Shown in pieces: positions 27,978 through 36,951 of a stretch of 64,000 bases of DNA (position 1 is the first letter of the stretch; each line of letters opens with the position of its first letter). Both the position numbers and the translations under genes were made by a program. Below the pieces are notes generated by a model, which was given only the letters and a program-made list of their open reading frames with translations, was not told the origin of the DNA and made no database searches. The stretch covers positions 315,662-379,661 of the forward strand of contig JAVEYW010000002.1 in assembly GCA_034003325.1 (NCBI GenBank), given 5' to 3'. This stretch comes from Desulfobacterales bacterium (GTDB lineage: Bacteria; Desulfobacterota; Desulfobacteria; Desulfobacterales; JAFDDL01).

Positions 27978-29213
27978 ATGAATTTTCCCCATCATTCGCC
28001 AAAAAACAGCATCGCACCGCACTACGGTTGGGTGATCGTATGGACCGGCATGGCGGTTCTTTTCTCGTGCCTCGGACTCGGACGCTTTTCGCTTGGCATG
28101 CTGCTGCCGGCTATGGGCACTTCCCTCGGTCTGACCTACTCCCAGATGGGCCTTATCAGCACCGGTAATTTCATCGGGTACATGGTTTCGGTGGTGGTGG
28201 CGGGAATCATCGCGGAAAGGATCGGCGCCCGGGCCACGATCACGATCGGCCTGTTGCTGGTGGGGGGATCCATGGGCTTGATCAGCTGCGCCGTAACCTT
28301 TGCGGAAGTGCTGACGTTTTATATCGCAACCGGCGCCGGCAGCGGTCTTGCCAATGTCCCCCTGATGGGAATGGTTTCACATTGGTTTCTTAAAAGCACG
28401 CGAGGTCGTGCGGCCGGCACCATGATATCCGGAAATGGTATCGCCATTGTATTTGCCGGGTTTTATGTGCCCTATATCAATGCCGGACTCGGTGCGGAAG
28501 GGTGGCGTACCGGTTGGGTTACCATGAGCATCGTGAGTATGGCAGTTGCCGTCCTGGCGGCAATCCTTCTTCGCAATACGCCCGGCGAAAAAGGCCTTGC
28601 GCCGATGGGACACCCGGACGTGCCCCCCGTTGTCCCCGCCGCCGGTGCGCCGAAAAGCAATCCCTCGAATCGCCGGGCGATTGTGCACCTGGGCGGAATC
28701 TATTCGCTCTTCGGCAGCACGTATGTGGTTTACGCCACCTTTATCGTCACTGCAATGGTGAAAGAAAGAGGCTTTGGTGAAAGCACGGCCGGCGCTTTCT
28801 GGGCGGTCGTCGGCGGCCTGAGTATCTTCTCCGGACCGCTGTTCGGATGGGTATCCGACCGCTTCGGGCGAAAAGCGGGCTTGATGGTCGTCTTCACCTT
28901 GTTCACCCTCTCCTATGTATTGGTAGCCGCGGAACTGCCGATAGCGTGTCTCTATGCCTCCATCGCCATTTTCGGCCTTTCCGTGTGGAGTATTCCCACC
29001 ATCATGTCGGCGGCTGTTGGCGACTATATGGGTCCGGCCCAGGCAACCAAATCCTTTGGGGTTATCACCTTGTTTTTCGGAGGCGGGCAGATTATCGGGC
29101 CTTCGGTAGCCGGTTATCTCGCAGACACCACCGGCACGTTCAGCATCGCCTTCTGGCTATGCGCCGCGTTGACCGCCGGTGCCGTTGCCTTGACGGCATT
29201 TCTACAAAAATGA
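27978..29213 (+). CDS. MFS transporter
   Basis: A 12-TM-like hydrophobic profile with a start after the RBS aaaaggag. The track ORF begins at 27942. Confidence 0.8.
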   Translation: MNFPHHSPKNSIAPHYGWVIVWTGMAVLFSCLGLGRFSLGMLLPAMGTSLGLTYSQMGLISTGNFIGYMVSVVVAGIIAERIGARATITIGLLLVGGSMGLISCAVTFAEVLTFYIATGAGSGLANVPLMGMVSHWFLKSTRGRAAGTMISGNGIAIVFAGFYVPYINAGLGAEGWRTGWVTMSIVSMAVAVLAAILLRNTPGEKGLAPMGHPDVPPVVPAAGAPKSNPSNRRAIVHLGGIYSLFGSTYVVYATFIVTAMVKERGFGESTAGAFWAVVGGLSIFSGPLFGWVSDRFGRKAGLMVVFTLFTLSYVLVAAELPIACLYASIAIFGLSVWSIPTIMSAAVGDYMGPAQATKSFGVITLFFGGGQIIGPSVAGYLADTTGTFSIAFWLCAALTAGAVALTAFLQK

Positions 29214-29231
29214 TAGGGGGCGCCCATTTGC

Positions 29232-29266
29232 TCAACCAAAGAAAAAAGGGGCTAAGATTTTCATCT
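29232..29266 (+). repeat. left direct repeat (attL candidate)
   Basis: TCAACCAAAGAAAAAAGGGGCTAAGATTTTCATCT matches 53524-53557 except for one substitution and A6 versus A5. Confidence 0.8.
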
Positions 29267-29396
29267 GAATGATGCGGCGCGGGCACTGCTTGAAAACCAT
29301 CCGCGGGGTAGCGAATATGTATTTCCCGGGCGCGGCGGCCGGCGGCGAACTGATGTGAACCATCAGTTAAACCGAATCAAGGCGGCGGCCGGATGA
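29265..29396 (+). pseudogene. tyrosine recombinase (phage integrase family) internal fragment
   Basis: The translation 'LNDAARALLENHPRGSEYVFPGRGGRRRTDVNHQLNRIKAAAG*' matches the segment just before the catalytic core of tyrosine integrases. There is no N-terminus and no R..HxxR..Y core. Confidence 0.65.
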
Positions 29397-29548
29397 AAGA
29401 GCCATTTTAAACGCCGAATTGTTTGCCTTCAGATGGTTCAGCAAAAGCTTTGGATGCATAATGTATTTTAAATTTTCCATCAGGGGTGACCGGCTCTGGA
29501 TTGTTTCGTTACATGAAAATAGAGCCATAGGTGGGAAAGGGGGCAACG

Positions 29549-30361
29549 ATGGATTGTCCGAATGAACATGGGAAAATGGTCATTAAGGCCATGAAAAAAG
29601 AGGTGACTTTTCGCGACAAGCGAATTGAATATGATGCGGAGCACTATGTTTGCCCTGTTTGCGGCACTGAAGTGGATGATTTGGTGCTTGCGGCTGAAAA
29701 CCAAAAAAGAATATCCGATGCTTACCGGAAGGCCGTCAACCTGTTGACTGGCCAAGAGATTGTGATTGGAAGGAAAAAGCTTAAGTGGAGCCAAGCCCGC
29801 CTTGCAGAGGCAATGAGCGTTGGTATTGCCAGTGTGAAAAGGTGGGAAACCGGCCAGATACAGACCAAGCCCATGGATGATACCTTGCGTCGGGTTTTAT
29901 CCGGGAAGCCATCGGGAAATAACCCATACGCCGGCAACAGAAGCCTATCGCTTCAAAGAATAAAACGGGTTTTGCACCAGTTCAGCAAAACACTTGACCG
30001 GGATATGTTGAAAGATGATCCGGGGGACGTGCTTCTTTATGAGGCAAAATACATTTGGCTTGCTGACATAATTTCATTTCGGGAAACCGGCCGGGGAATG
30101 ACCGGGGCCACTTATGCCCGATTACCCCAAGGCCCTCAATTGAATAATTATAGGGATTTGGTTCCCATGATTAAAGCCGCTAATGAAGACGAAGCGGAGC
30201 CTCTTACTGATCACGAAATCAGAATTATTTCCCGGATTGCCGCCGCATACCCTACCAATAAGAGCATTTATGATGCATCTCATAACGAAGATGCTTACAA
30301 AACAAGAAGAGATGGCGAGCTTATGCTCTATACGGATGCCGAGAGTGTAAGGGCATTATGA
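29549..30361 (+). CDS. antitoxin-like protein: MqsA-type Zn-ribbon + HTH fused to Panacea/SocA (DUF4065) domain
   Basis: 'CPNEHGK...YVCPVCGTE' is a Zn ribbon and 'LTGQEIVIGRKKLKWSQARLAEAMSVGIASVKRWETG' is an HTH_XRE. 'LLYEAKYIWLADIISFRETGRGMTGATYARLPQGPQLNNY' has the DUF4065 pattern. Confidence 0.75.
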   Translation: MDCPNEHGKMVIKAMKKEVTFRDKRIEYDAEHYVCPVCGTEVDDLVLAAENQKRISDAYRKAVNLLTGQEIVIGRKKLKWSQARLAEAMSVGIASVKRWETGQIQTKPMDDTLRRVLSGKPSGNNPYAGNRSLSLQRIKRVLHQFSKTLDRDMLKDDPGDVLLYEAKYIWLADIISFRETGRGMTGATYARLPQGPQLNNYRDLVPMIKAANEDEAEPLTDHEIRIISRIAAAYPTNKSIYDASHNEDAYKTRRDGELMLYTDAESVRAL

Positions 30362-30389
30362 AGTCTATAAAGCCGGTTTCCGCCCGGCC

Positions 30390-30827
30390 TTGCCCCTCTC
30401 ACATCATGCGGGCGCTATCGAACGGAGGATAGTCCAAGTCCATGCCACAGATCATACCAAAGACCCCTATGCCTTAAATAAGCTTGTTTTATCTGGAGCG
30501 CGACCGGAAGAGAGCCATACTAAATGGATAGCCTGCTGGGAATTATTAAACGAGGGGCTCAAGCCCTTTGAGCTTTTCTGTTTTTTTAGGGATGGACATC
30601 TTCATCCACGACACCCAATTAATGGAGCTAAAATCATAAATCTTGATACAGTGGAGCGACAACCTAAACACTCCTTTGAAGAACTTTTTAATTCGTCCAT
30701 TGGCCATCCTCCTTCTGGTGTTGGATGGCTCTTTACCCACCCCATTTCGCCCTTCGAAGTTAAGCACGCTTGCCGGAATGACACATTCAAACCTGAATAC
30801 ATCAACCAAGCCTATGTCGCGTGTTAA
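30390..30827 (+). CDS. hypothetical protein, candidate toxin partner of the Panacea antitoxin
   Basis: A 145-aa ORF lying 28 nt after the antitoxin stop and 3 nt before the next gene. Only a TTG start is available and there is no clear RBS. I recognise no domain. Confidence 0.4.
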   Translation: MPLSHHAGAIERRIVQVHATDHTKDPYALNKLVLSGARPEESHTKWIACWELLNEGLKPFELFCFFRDGHLHPRHPINGAKIINLDTVERQPKHSFEELFNSSIGHPPSGVGWLFTHPISPFEVKHACRNDTFKPEYINQAYVAC

Positions 30828-30830
30828 GAG

Positions 30831-31199
30831 ATGGGCGCGACCGATAGGCATTTGGCGAGATTATTCGGGGTTTGCAGAACCGCCGTCCAGACTTGGGCAA
30901 GAGAAAATTCTGAATTTCTGAGCGCCATAAAAAGAGGCCGCGATAAATATGATTCCGAGGTGGTTGAAAAGGCGTTACTAAAACGGGCAAATGGCTACCA
31001 ATTCACGGAAACCACCCTGGAATCAGACAAAACCGGAAAAATGGTTATTACCAAGCTGGTTCGAAAACAAATGGTACCCGACGTTACCGCCCAAATCTTT
31101 TGGTTGAAGAACCGGAACCCGGCGCGATGGCGAGATGCAAAATATATTGATGGATCGTTGCGGATATCGCATGAAGCAGCGTTGGCGGCGCTGGAATAA
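30831..31199 (+). CDS. HTH protein resembling phage small terminase subunit (TerS-like)
   Basis: 'TDRHLARLFGVCRTAVQTWARENSEFLSAIKRG...VEKALLKRANGY...VPDVTAQIFWLKNRNPARWRD' follows the pattern I associate with small terminase / DNA-packaging HTH proteins. Confidence 0.5.
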   Translation: MGATDRHLARLFGVCRTAVQTWARENSEFLSAIKRGRDKYDSEVVEKALLKRANGYQFTETTLESDKTGKMVITKLVRKQMVPDVTAQIFWLKNRNPARWRDAKYIDGSLRISHEAALAALE

Positions 31200-31694
31200 T
31201 ATCACCCCTGCTTGGTCAGTGCCCCCCTTCCCGAGGAAGGGTATAAACAGCGCTGTTTACCACCTACCAGAAAACCACTCCCCGGCAGGCAAACCGCCTC
31301 AGAAAATGAACCCGGAACCTGCCGGACCGGACCCTCTGCATATAGGGGCAGTGTCCAAAAAAATCTTAATGCCACATTTATTCAACAATTGGATATTACA
31401 GACGTATCCAAGGTTTTAGGATGTGGGAATATCCTTTGGGTTTGAAAAGATTTCTAGCGTGACCATTTTCAATCACCGACCCACCGCCTGCCCTCGACCG
31501 AATGGAGGGCTTCTGCCCTCTGCGGGTACAGCATATACCGTTGGGTGCAAAAGGTAGCGGCTATATAGCCCAAGGCGCTGCTGTTTCTCTGTGGCGCTAC
31601 TGCGTAGCTTGTTTGAAACAGGCAAACAGCTCGTCTCTGGCGTGTGATAGTAAGCTCCCTTAATAAAAGATCGGCATAAATCGGCAAAGATCGT

Positions 31695-31724
31695 TTGACA
31701 TGCGGTTGCCAATTCATTTATCTT
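31695..31724 (+). promoter_or_regulatory. candidate promoter for the BREX operon, bracketed by an 11-bp inverted repeat
   Basis: The pattern is TTGACA (31695-31700), N18, TATCTT. GAAACAGGCAA (31615-31625) and its reverse complement TTGCCTGTTTC (31757-31767) flank it. Pattern match only. Confidence 0.3.
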
Positions 31725-31830
31725 TCCCATTCGAGTTGGCCCACACAGGGAAACCCTTGCCTGTTTCCTAAACAAATTCGTTTTTGACAAGCGTATGGCG
31801 TAACCCAATCGCCCACGAGGAGCTTATAAA

Positions 31831-32043
31831 ATGGCCGAGATGGAAGATCGTTGGTTATCGATTAGCGAGATATGCAAATACCTCGGGGTTAGCAACGATA
31901 CCGTTTACAAGTGGATTGACAGGCATGGCATGCCTTCCCACCGCATGGGCCGTCTCTGGAAGTTCAAAAAAGACGAAGTTGACAAATGGGTGAAGGCCGG
32001 CGGCGCGGCTATGCACGGAAAAGGGAATCAAGGCCTGAAATGA
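31831..32043 (+). CDS. excisionase-family / MerR-like HTH DNA-binding protein
   Basis: The product is 70 aa with 'WLSISEICKYLGVSNDTVYKWIDRHGMPSHRMGRLWKFKKDEVDKWV', with the RBS gaggag. Its stop overlaps the first ATG of brxA (ATGA at 32040-32043). Confidence 0.8.
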   Translation: MAEMEDRWLSISEICKYLGVSNDTVYKWIDRHGMPSHRMGRLWKFKKDEVDKWVKAGGAAMHGKGNQGLK

Positions 32044-32654
32044 AGAATGAAAGATACATCATGTCACTTACAACGGGCGGTCTTTTTCTCCGCGAGTCGA
32101 TAAAGTTGGCGGCGCTCTTTCTTGAGCAAAGTGACTGGAATGCGATTAGAGAAAAGGTTCTTTCCGAAAACCTGTTGCAAACGAGAACGCTGAGCACCTC
32201 AAAACGATTCTGTCGGGAAATCATCTCCAGGCTAAAAACACTCGACCCCCGTGAGATTGACTTACTGGTTCACGGTAGCGGTCAGGAGCAAGGCTGTCTT
32301 TTGTGGATCGCGGTTTGCCGTCGTTACAAATTCATTGCCGAGTTTGCCGTAGAGATTATTCGGGAACGTTACATCAGTCTCAAGACCGATCTTCACTATG
32401 AAGACTTTGATTCCTTCTTTAACCGGAAATCAGAGTGGCATCCCGAGCTTGATATAATTAAGCCGGCGACTCGAAATAAGCTCCGTCAGGTGTTGTTCAA
32501 AATTCTGCGAGAAGCCGAACTTCTGACCAACGATTATACCATCAATGCCGCCATGTTGAGCCCCCGGCTCTTGGAAGCCATTTCGCACAATAGTCGTGAG
32601 GCTGTTCTGTTTTTTCCTGCTTTTGAGTCCGATTTAATAGGGAGGGCGCGATGA
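32040..32654 (+). CDS. brxA: BREX protein BrxA (DUF1819)
   Basis: 'SLTTGGLFLRESIKLAALFLEQSDWNAIREKVLSENLLQTRTLSTSKRFCREIISRL' is the DUF1819 pattern. It occupies the first position of a brxABC-pglX-pglZ-brxL array. An alternative start lies at 32061. Confidence 0.85.
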   Translation: MKNERYIMSLTTGGLFLRESIKLAALFLEQSDWNAIREKVLSENLLQTRTLSTSKRFCREIISRLKTLDPREIDLLVHGSGQEQGCLLWIAVCRRYKFIAEFAVEIIRERYISLKTDLHYEDFDSFFNRKSEWHPELDIIKPATRNKLRQVLFKILREAELLTNDYTINAAMLSPRLLEAISHNSREAVLFFPAFESDLIGRAR

Positions 32655-33262
32655 TTTCGGGTATCGAGAAGAAATCCATGCAAGAAAGATTTCAGCATCT
32701 GTTTGATGTGATCTCCGGAAAACGGTTTCTTCAGAAGCAAGGTCTCGGGAACGAAGTTCCTTTCTTCATTTGCCCTTTCAGACCGGAAGAGTGCGTCGAG
32801 ATGGAACGGCTGCAACGGCAGCTTGTCAACAGTCTTTCGCATGCGGGTGTCCGCGTGCTCGAAATTAACCTCTATGATCTTTCCATCGAGATTCTTAAAG
32901 GACGGGACCTCTGGGAACAAATCCTCGATATAGAAAACTCGGTGTCCAAGGAACAGCTCAGGGAGTTACTCCAAGGGGTGTTAGATCCCGAAGCCCATTT
33001 GGTCCCCGCCATCGCCGCCAAGCTTGCGAACAATGAATTTGACGTGCTGTTTCTGGCCGGCGTCGGTGCGGTTTTTCCCTATATCCGATCTCACAATGTG
33101 CTGAACAACCTGCAAAGCACGGCAAAAGAAAAACCGACCGTCATGTTCTTTCCGGGGGCCTATACCCACTCCCTGGAATCGGGCGCATCGCTCGATCTTT
33201 TTGGAAGATTGCATGACGATAAATACTACCGGGCGTTCAACATCTTTCACTGCGAAGCCTAA
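32651..33262 (+). CDS. brxB: BREX protein BrxB (DUF1788)
   Basis: Translation shows 'GNEVPFFICPFRPEE...', 'VLFLAGVGAVFPYIRSHNVLNNLQ' and 'VMFFPGAY'. There is an ATGA overlap with brxA. Confidence 0.85.
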   Translation: MISGIEKKSMQERFQHLFDVISGKRFLQKQGLGNEVPFFICPFRPEECVEMERLQRQLVNSLSHAGVRVLEINLYDLSIEILKGRDLWEQILDIENSVSKEQLRELLQGVLDPEAHLVPAIAAKLANNEFDVLFLAGVGAVFPYIRSHNVLNNLQSTAKEKPTVMFFPGAYTHSLESGASLDLFGRLHDDKYYRAFNIFHCEA

Positions 33263-33276
33263 ACGAAGGAAACACG

Positions 33277-36200
33277 ATGACGCTGAAAACTATTTTTAAT
33301 AAGCCTGTTGACCGACCGATTGAAGGGGTCATCAAAGCCGACGATGAAGAAAGCCTTCTCCTTGAAACCGAAGAGTATGTGCTGACCAATGAGGTGGAAA
33401 AGCGCTTGGAGTCATTCCTGGATGCTTACAACACCTACGAGGGGGCCAACGGGGTTTGGGTTTCCGGCTTCTTCGGGTCCGGGAAATCTCATCTGTTGAA
33501 GATGCTGGCACTGCTTCTGGAGAACCGGCGGATCGACGGCGTTTCCGCTCTCGATTTGTTTCTTCCCAAGTGCGGCGATAACGAGATTCTCCGAGGGGAT
33601 CTCAAGCGGGCCGTTGCGATTCCCTCAAAAAGTATCCTGTTCAACATCGACCAGAAGGCGGATGTTATCAGCAAAACCCAGATCGATGCGCTCCTTGCCG
33701 TATTCGTCAAGGTGTTCGACGAAATGTGTGGCTACTACGGCAAGCAGGGTCATATTGCTCAATTTGAGCGCGATCTCGACAGCCGGGGGCATTATGAGGC
33801 GTTCAAATCGGCTTATCAAACTCTTGCCGGGAAAAGCTGGGAAAAAGGGCGCGAACAGGCATTGCTGGAGTCACAGAATATCGCCAAGGCCTATGCCCGG
33901 GCCACCGGCGGCGAGGATACCTCGGCAATGGGGATTCTCGATAAATACAGAAGCCAGTATCGGGTCTCGATCGAGGACTTCGCCGATCAAATAAAGGCCT
34001 ATGTGGACCGGCAATCTCCCGAGTTCCGGCTGAACTTCTTTGTTGACGAGGTCGGACAGTACATCGCCGGAAACGTGAAGCTGATGACGAACCTTCAAAC
34101 CATCGCCGAAAGCCTTGCCACCAAGTGCCGGGGCCGAGCCTGGATCATGGTGACCGCTCAGGAGGACATGAATTCGGTTGTCGGTGAAATGAGTAACCAG
34201 CAGGGTAACGATTTTTCCAAGATTCAGGCCCGTTTTGCCAACCGGATGAAACTTACCAGCGCCGATGTGGCCGAAGTGATTCAAAGGCGCCTGTTATTGA
34301 AAAACGATGAGGGGGTTCGACTGCTGTCAGACGTTTATCATGCGGAGGTGAACAACTTCAAAACCCTCTTTGACTTTGCGGACGGCTCGCCGATCTACCG
34401 CAATTTCCAGGACCGGGACCATTTCATTCACAGCTATCCCTTTATCCCTTACCAGTTCGTGCTGTTCCAGTCCGCAATTCAGAACTTATCCCAACATAAT
34501 GCCTTTGAAGGAAAACACAGCTCGGTCGGTGAGCGCTCCATGCTGGGCGTATTCCAGCAGGTGGCCATTCAAATCGGAGATCATCAAATCGGACAGCTTG
34601 CAACCTTTGACCTGATGTTTGAAGGGATTCGAACGGTTCTGAAATCCAATATTCAGCGCTCCATCCTGCAATCCGAAAAGCAGCTCGACAACCCATTTGC
34701 CATTCGGCTGCTGAAAACGCTTTTTCTCGTCAAGTACGTCAAGGAATTTAAGCCGACAGTCCGCAACCTGTGCGTGCTGATGCTGGATCACTTCAAGCAG
34801 GATCTGCCCCAACTGCGCCGGCAGGTTGAAGAGGCGCTCAACCTGCTGGAACTTCAGACCTACATTCAACGCCATGGAGACCTCTACGCGTATCTCACCG
34901 ACGAGGAAAAGGATGTCGAGCAGGAGATCAAAAACACCGAAGTTGAATCCACCGAGATCGCCGCAGAGCTTGAAAAGATCATTTTTGATTATGTCATCAA
35001 GAACCGAAAGATTCGCTACGACGAGAAAGGGCAGGACTACCCCTATTCCAGGAAACTCGATGACCGCCTTCACGGTCGGGAATATGAGCTTTCGATCAAT
35101 GCGATAACCCCTTTTCACGAATTTGCGGGAAATGAGCAAACCTTGCGAAGTCACTCGTTCAACCGGGAAGAGCTGCTGGTCGTGATGCCGCCGAATGATC
35201 GACTGGTGCGCGATATTCTGATGTACAAGCGAACTGAAAAATACATCAAGCAGAACATTTCCATCACTCAGCAGGAAGGGGTCAAACGTATCCTGACCGA
35301 TAAGGGCTTCCAGAACGCGGATCGCTATGCGGAGTTGAAGCAGCTTATCCAGATGCTTCTTGGCAAAGCCAAACTTTTTGTGGCGGGCAATGAGGTCGAG
35401 ATCGGTGGAGAAGATCCCCAGGCCCGAATCACCAAGGGGTTTCAACAACTTATTATACGCGCTTATCCGAACCTGCGCATGCTGCGCGGAATTGCCTACA
35501 CCGAAAACGATGTCGTTAAATGCCTCAAACAGTCCAAGGAGGGGCTGTTCGGTAATGATGTGACATCACTGGCCGAATCAGAGCAGGAATTGCTTGCTTT
35601 CATCCAGAGCAACATCCGCGGCGGCGTGCGCACGACCCTGAAGAGCCTGCTGGAAAAGTTTGAGCGCAAGCCTTATGGCTGGCCTTATGCGGCCGTTCTC
35701 TGCACACTTGCTCATCTTTGCGCCCGGGGCAAGGTAGAGGTTCGGACTGACGGAACAATCCTTGAGGAAGACGACCTCGAACGCGCGCTTCGCAACACGC
35801 ACAGCCATGGCAATGTTGTGCTGGAACCACAGGTCGATTTTACCCCATCCCAGGTTCGCAGCCTCAAGGAGTTCTATGAGGATTTTTTCGATAGCCCGCC
35901 CCGTGCCACTGAAGCAAAGGCACTTGCCAAGGAGACCGGTGCTGCCTTGAAGGACATGATACAGGACCTAAACCCCCTGGCGGCGCAGTCGGCGCAGTAT
36001 CCTTTCCTGAATGTGCTGACCCCGGTTCTTGAGAAGCTGAAAGGACTCGCCGGCAAACCCTACGCTTGGTATCTGACCGGGCTGCTGTGTGAGGATAATG
36101 CCCTGATTGCGCTGAAGGAAAAGGTCATTGACCCGGTTCGAAAGTTCATGAACGGGCCGCAAAAGGGTATTTTCGACGCTGCCCGTAAATTTGTGCAGGA

Positions 36201-36867
36201 GCAGGAGCCGAATTTTGACTACATCAGAGAAAGGGGAAGTGGGAAGCTCGAAGTGAAAGAGGGCTCACCCTACGGTTTTACGCCTGATACCTTGCTTCAG
36301 GCTTTGGCTGATCCCGAATGTTTTAAGGGTAATGGCATGCAGCAGGTGAAAACCCTGGTGGACACGCTGCAAGAAAAGGTGACGGCACGGATCGCGGCAG
36401 AGATCAAAAAAGCTTTAGATACCGTTGCGGCACTCAAGGACCGTCTTTGTGATATGGCCGAATTTGCCGCGCTAAAGCCAAGCCAGCAGGAGCAAATCAC
36501 TCGGTCATTCATCGAGTTTTCTCAGTCGATTGAACAACAAAAACTGATCGCCGTGATTCGCGATAACCTGCGGCGCTTTGAAGAATCCGACTACCAACGG
36601 CTGCTTTCCCAAATGGCTTCCTGGGCAAAACCCACACCAAAGCAAACCCCTTCGGGGGGAAGCGAACCGGCGCAAGCTTCAGGAAAGGAAACGGCAGTAA
36701 CACCGATTGAACCGGAAGCCCCTGTTGAATACGTGTCAGGCCGAAATCTCAGGTTTTCCTTTGATAAAGCCTGGCTTGCTGATGATTCGGATGTGGACCG
36801 GTACCTCAAGGCCATGCGGGAGGCGCTTTTGGCTGAGATCCGGAAAGGGAAGCGGATACAGATTTAG
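33277..36867 (+). CDS. brxC: BREX system P-loop ATPase BrxC
   Basis: The product is 1196 aa with the Walker A 'GFFGSGKSHLLKML', 'FFVDEVGQYI', and the size and position typical of BrxC. Confidence 0.9.
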   Translation: MTLKTIFNKPVDRPIEGVIKADDEESLLLETEEYVLTNEVEKRLESFLDAYNTYEGANGVWVSGFFGSGKSHLLKMLALLLENRRIDGVSALDLFLPKCGDNEILRGDLKRAVAIPSKSILFNIDQKADVISKTQIDALLAVFVKVFDEMCGYYGKQGHIAQFERDLDSRGHYEAFKSAYQTLAGKSWEKGREQALLESQNIAKAYARATGGEDTSAMGILDKYRSQYRVSIEDFADQIKAYVDRQSPEFRLNFFVDEVGQYIAGNVKLMTNLQTIAESLATKCRGRAWIMVTAQEDMNSVVGEMSNQQGNDFSKIQARFANRMKLTSADVAEVIQRRLLLKNDEGVRLLSDVYHAEVNNFKTLFDFADGSPIYRNFQDRDHFIHSYPFIPYQFVLFQSAIQNLSQHNAFEGKHSSVGERSMLGVFQQVAIQIGDHQIGQLATFDLMFEGIRTVLKSNIQRSILQSEKQLDNPFAIRLLKTLFLVKYVKEFKPTVRNLCVLMLDHFKQDLPQLRRQVEEALNLLELQTYIQRHGDLYAYLTDEEKDVEQEIKNTEVESTEIAAELEKIIFDYVIKNRKIRYDEKGQDYPYSRKLDDRLHGREYELSINAITPFHEFAGNEQTLRSHSFNREELLVVMPPNDRLVRDILMYKRTEKYIKQNISITQQEGVKRILTDKGFQNADRYAELKQLIQMLLGKAKLFVAGNEVEIGGEDPQARITKGFQQLIIRAYPNLRMLRGIAYTENDVVKCLKQSKEGLFGNDVTSLAESEQELLAFIQSNIRGGVRTTLKSLLEKFERKPYGWPYAAVLCTLAHLCARGKVEVRTDGTILEEDDLERALRNTHSHGNVVLEPQVDFTPSQVRSLKEFYEDFFDSPPRATEAKALAKETGAALKDMIQDLNPLAAQSAQYPFLNVLTPVLEKLKGLAGKPYAWYLTGLLCEDNALIALKEKVIDPVRKFMNGPQKGIFDAARKFVQEQEPNFDYIRERGSGKLEVKEGSPYGFTPDTLLQALADPECFKGNGMQQVKTLVDTLQEKVTARIAAEIKKALDTVAALKDRLCDMAEFAALKPSQQEQITRSFIEFSQSIEQQKLIAVIRDNLRRFEESDYQRLLSQMASWAKPTPKQTPSGGSEPAQASGKETAVTPIEPEAPVEYVSGRNLRFSFDKAWLADDSDVDRYLKAMREALLAEIRKGKRIQI

Positions 36868-36921
36868 TGCCTTATGGATTATTTTCTTGTTATTTTAAAA
36901 AGAAAATAATCCATAAGGCAC
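36867..36921. repeat. perfect 22-bp inverted repeat (hairpin) immediately after brxC stop
   Basis: GTGCCTTATGGATTATTTTCTT (36867-36888) and AAGAAAATAATCCATAAGGCAC (36900-36921) are separated by an 11-nt loop. No downstream T-run follows. Confidence 0.85.
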
Positions 36922-36951
36922 TTATCCCGGCGCCGGGGTTAGGAGTTACAC

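Noticed and set aside
31473-31808. A 111-aa minus-strand ORF, with an overlapping 82-aa ORF, in the gap between the TerS-like gene and the BREX HTH.
   Set aside because: It has no RBS and an odd composition, and it overlaps the putative BREX promoter region. I treat it as non-coding. I considered a structured RNA, but only short hairpins (for example GAGGGCttctGCCCTC at ~31505) are visible.
34486-35448. A 320-aa ORF antisense to brxC.
   Set aside because: It lies entirely inside the strongly supported brxC frame and has a low-complexity, unprotein-like composition. It is a shadow ORF of a long gene.
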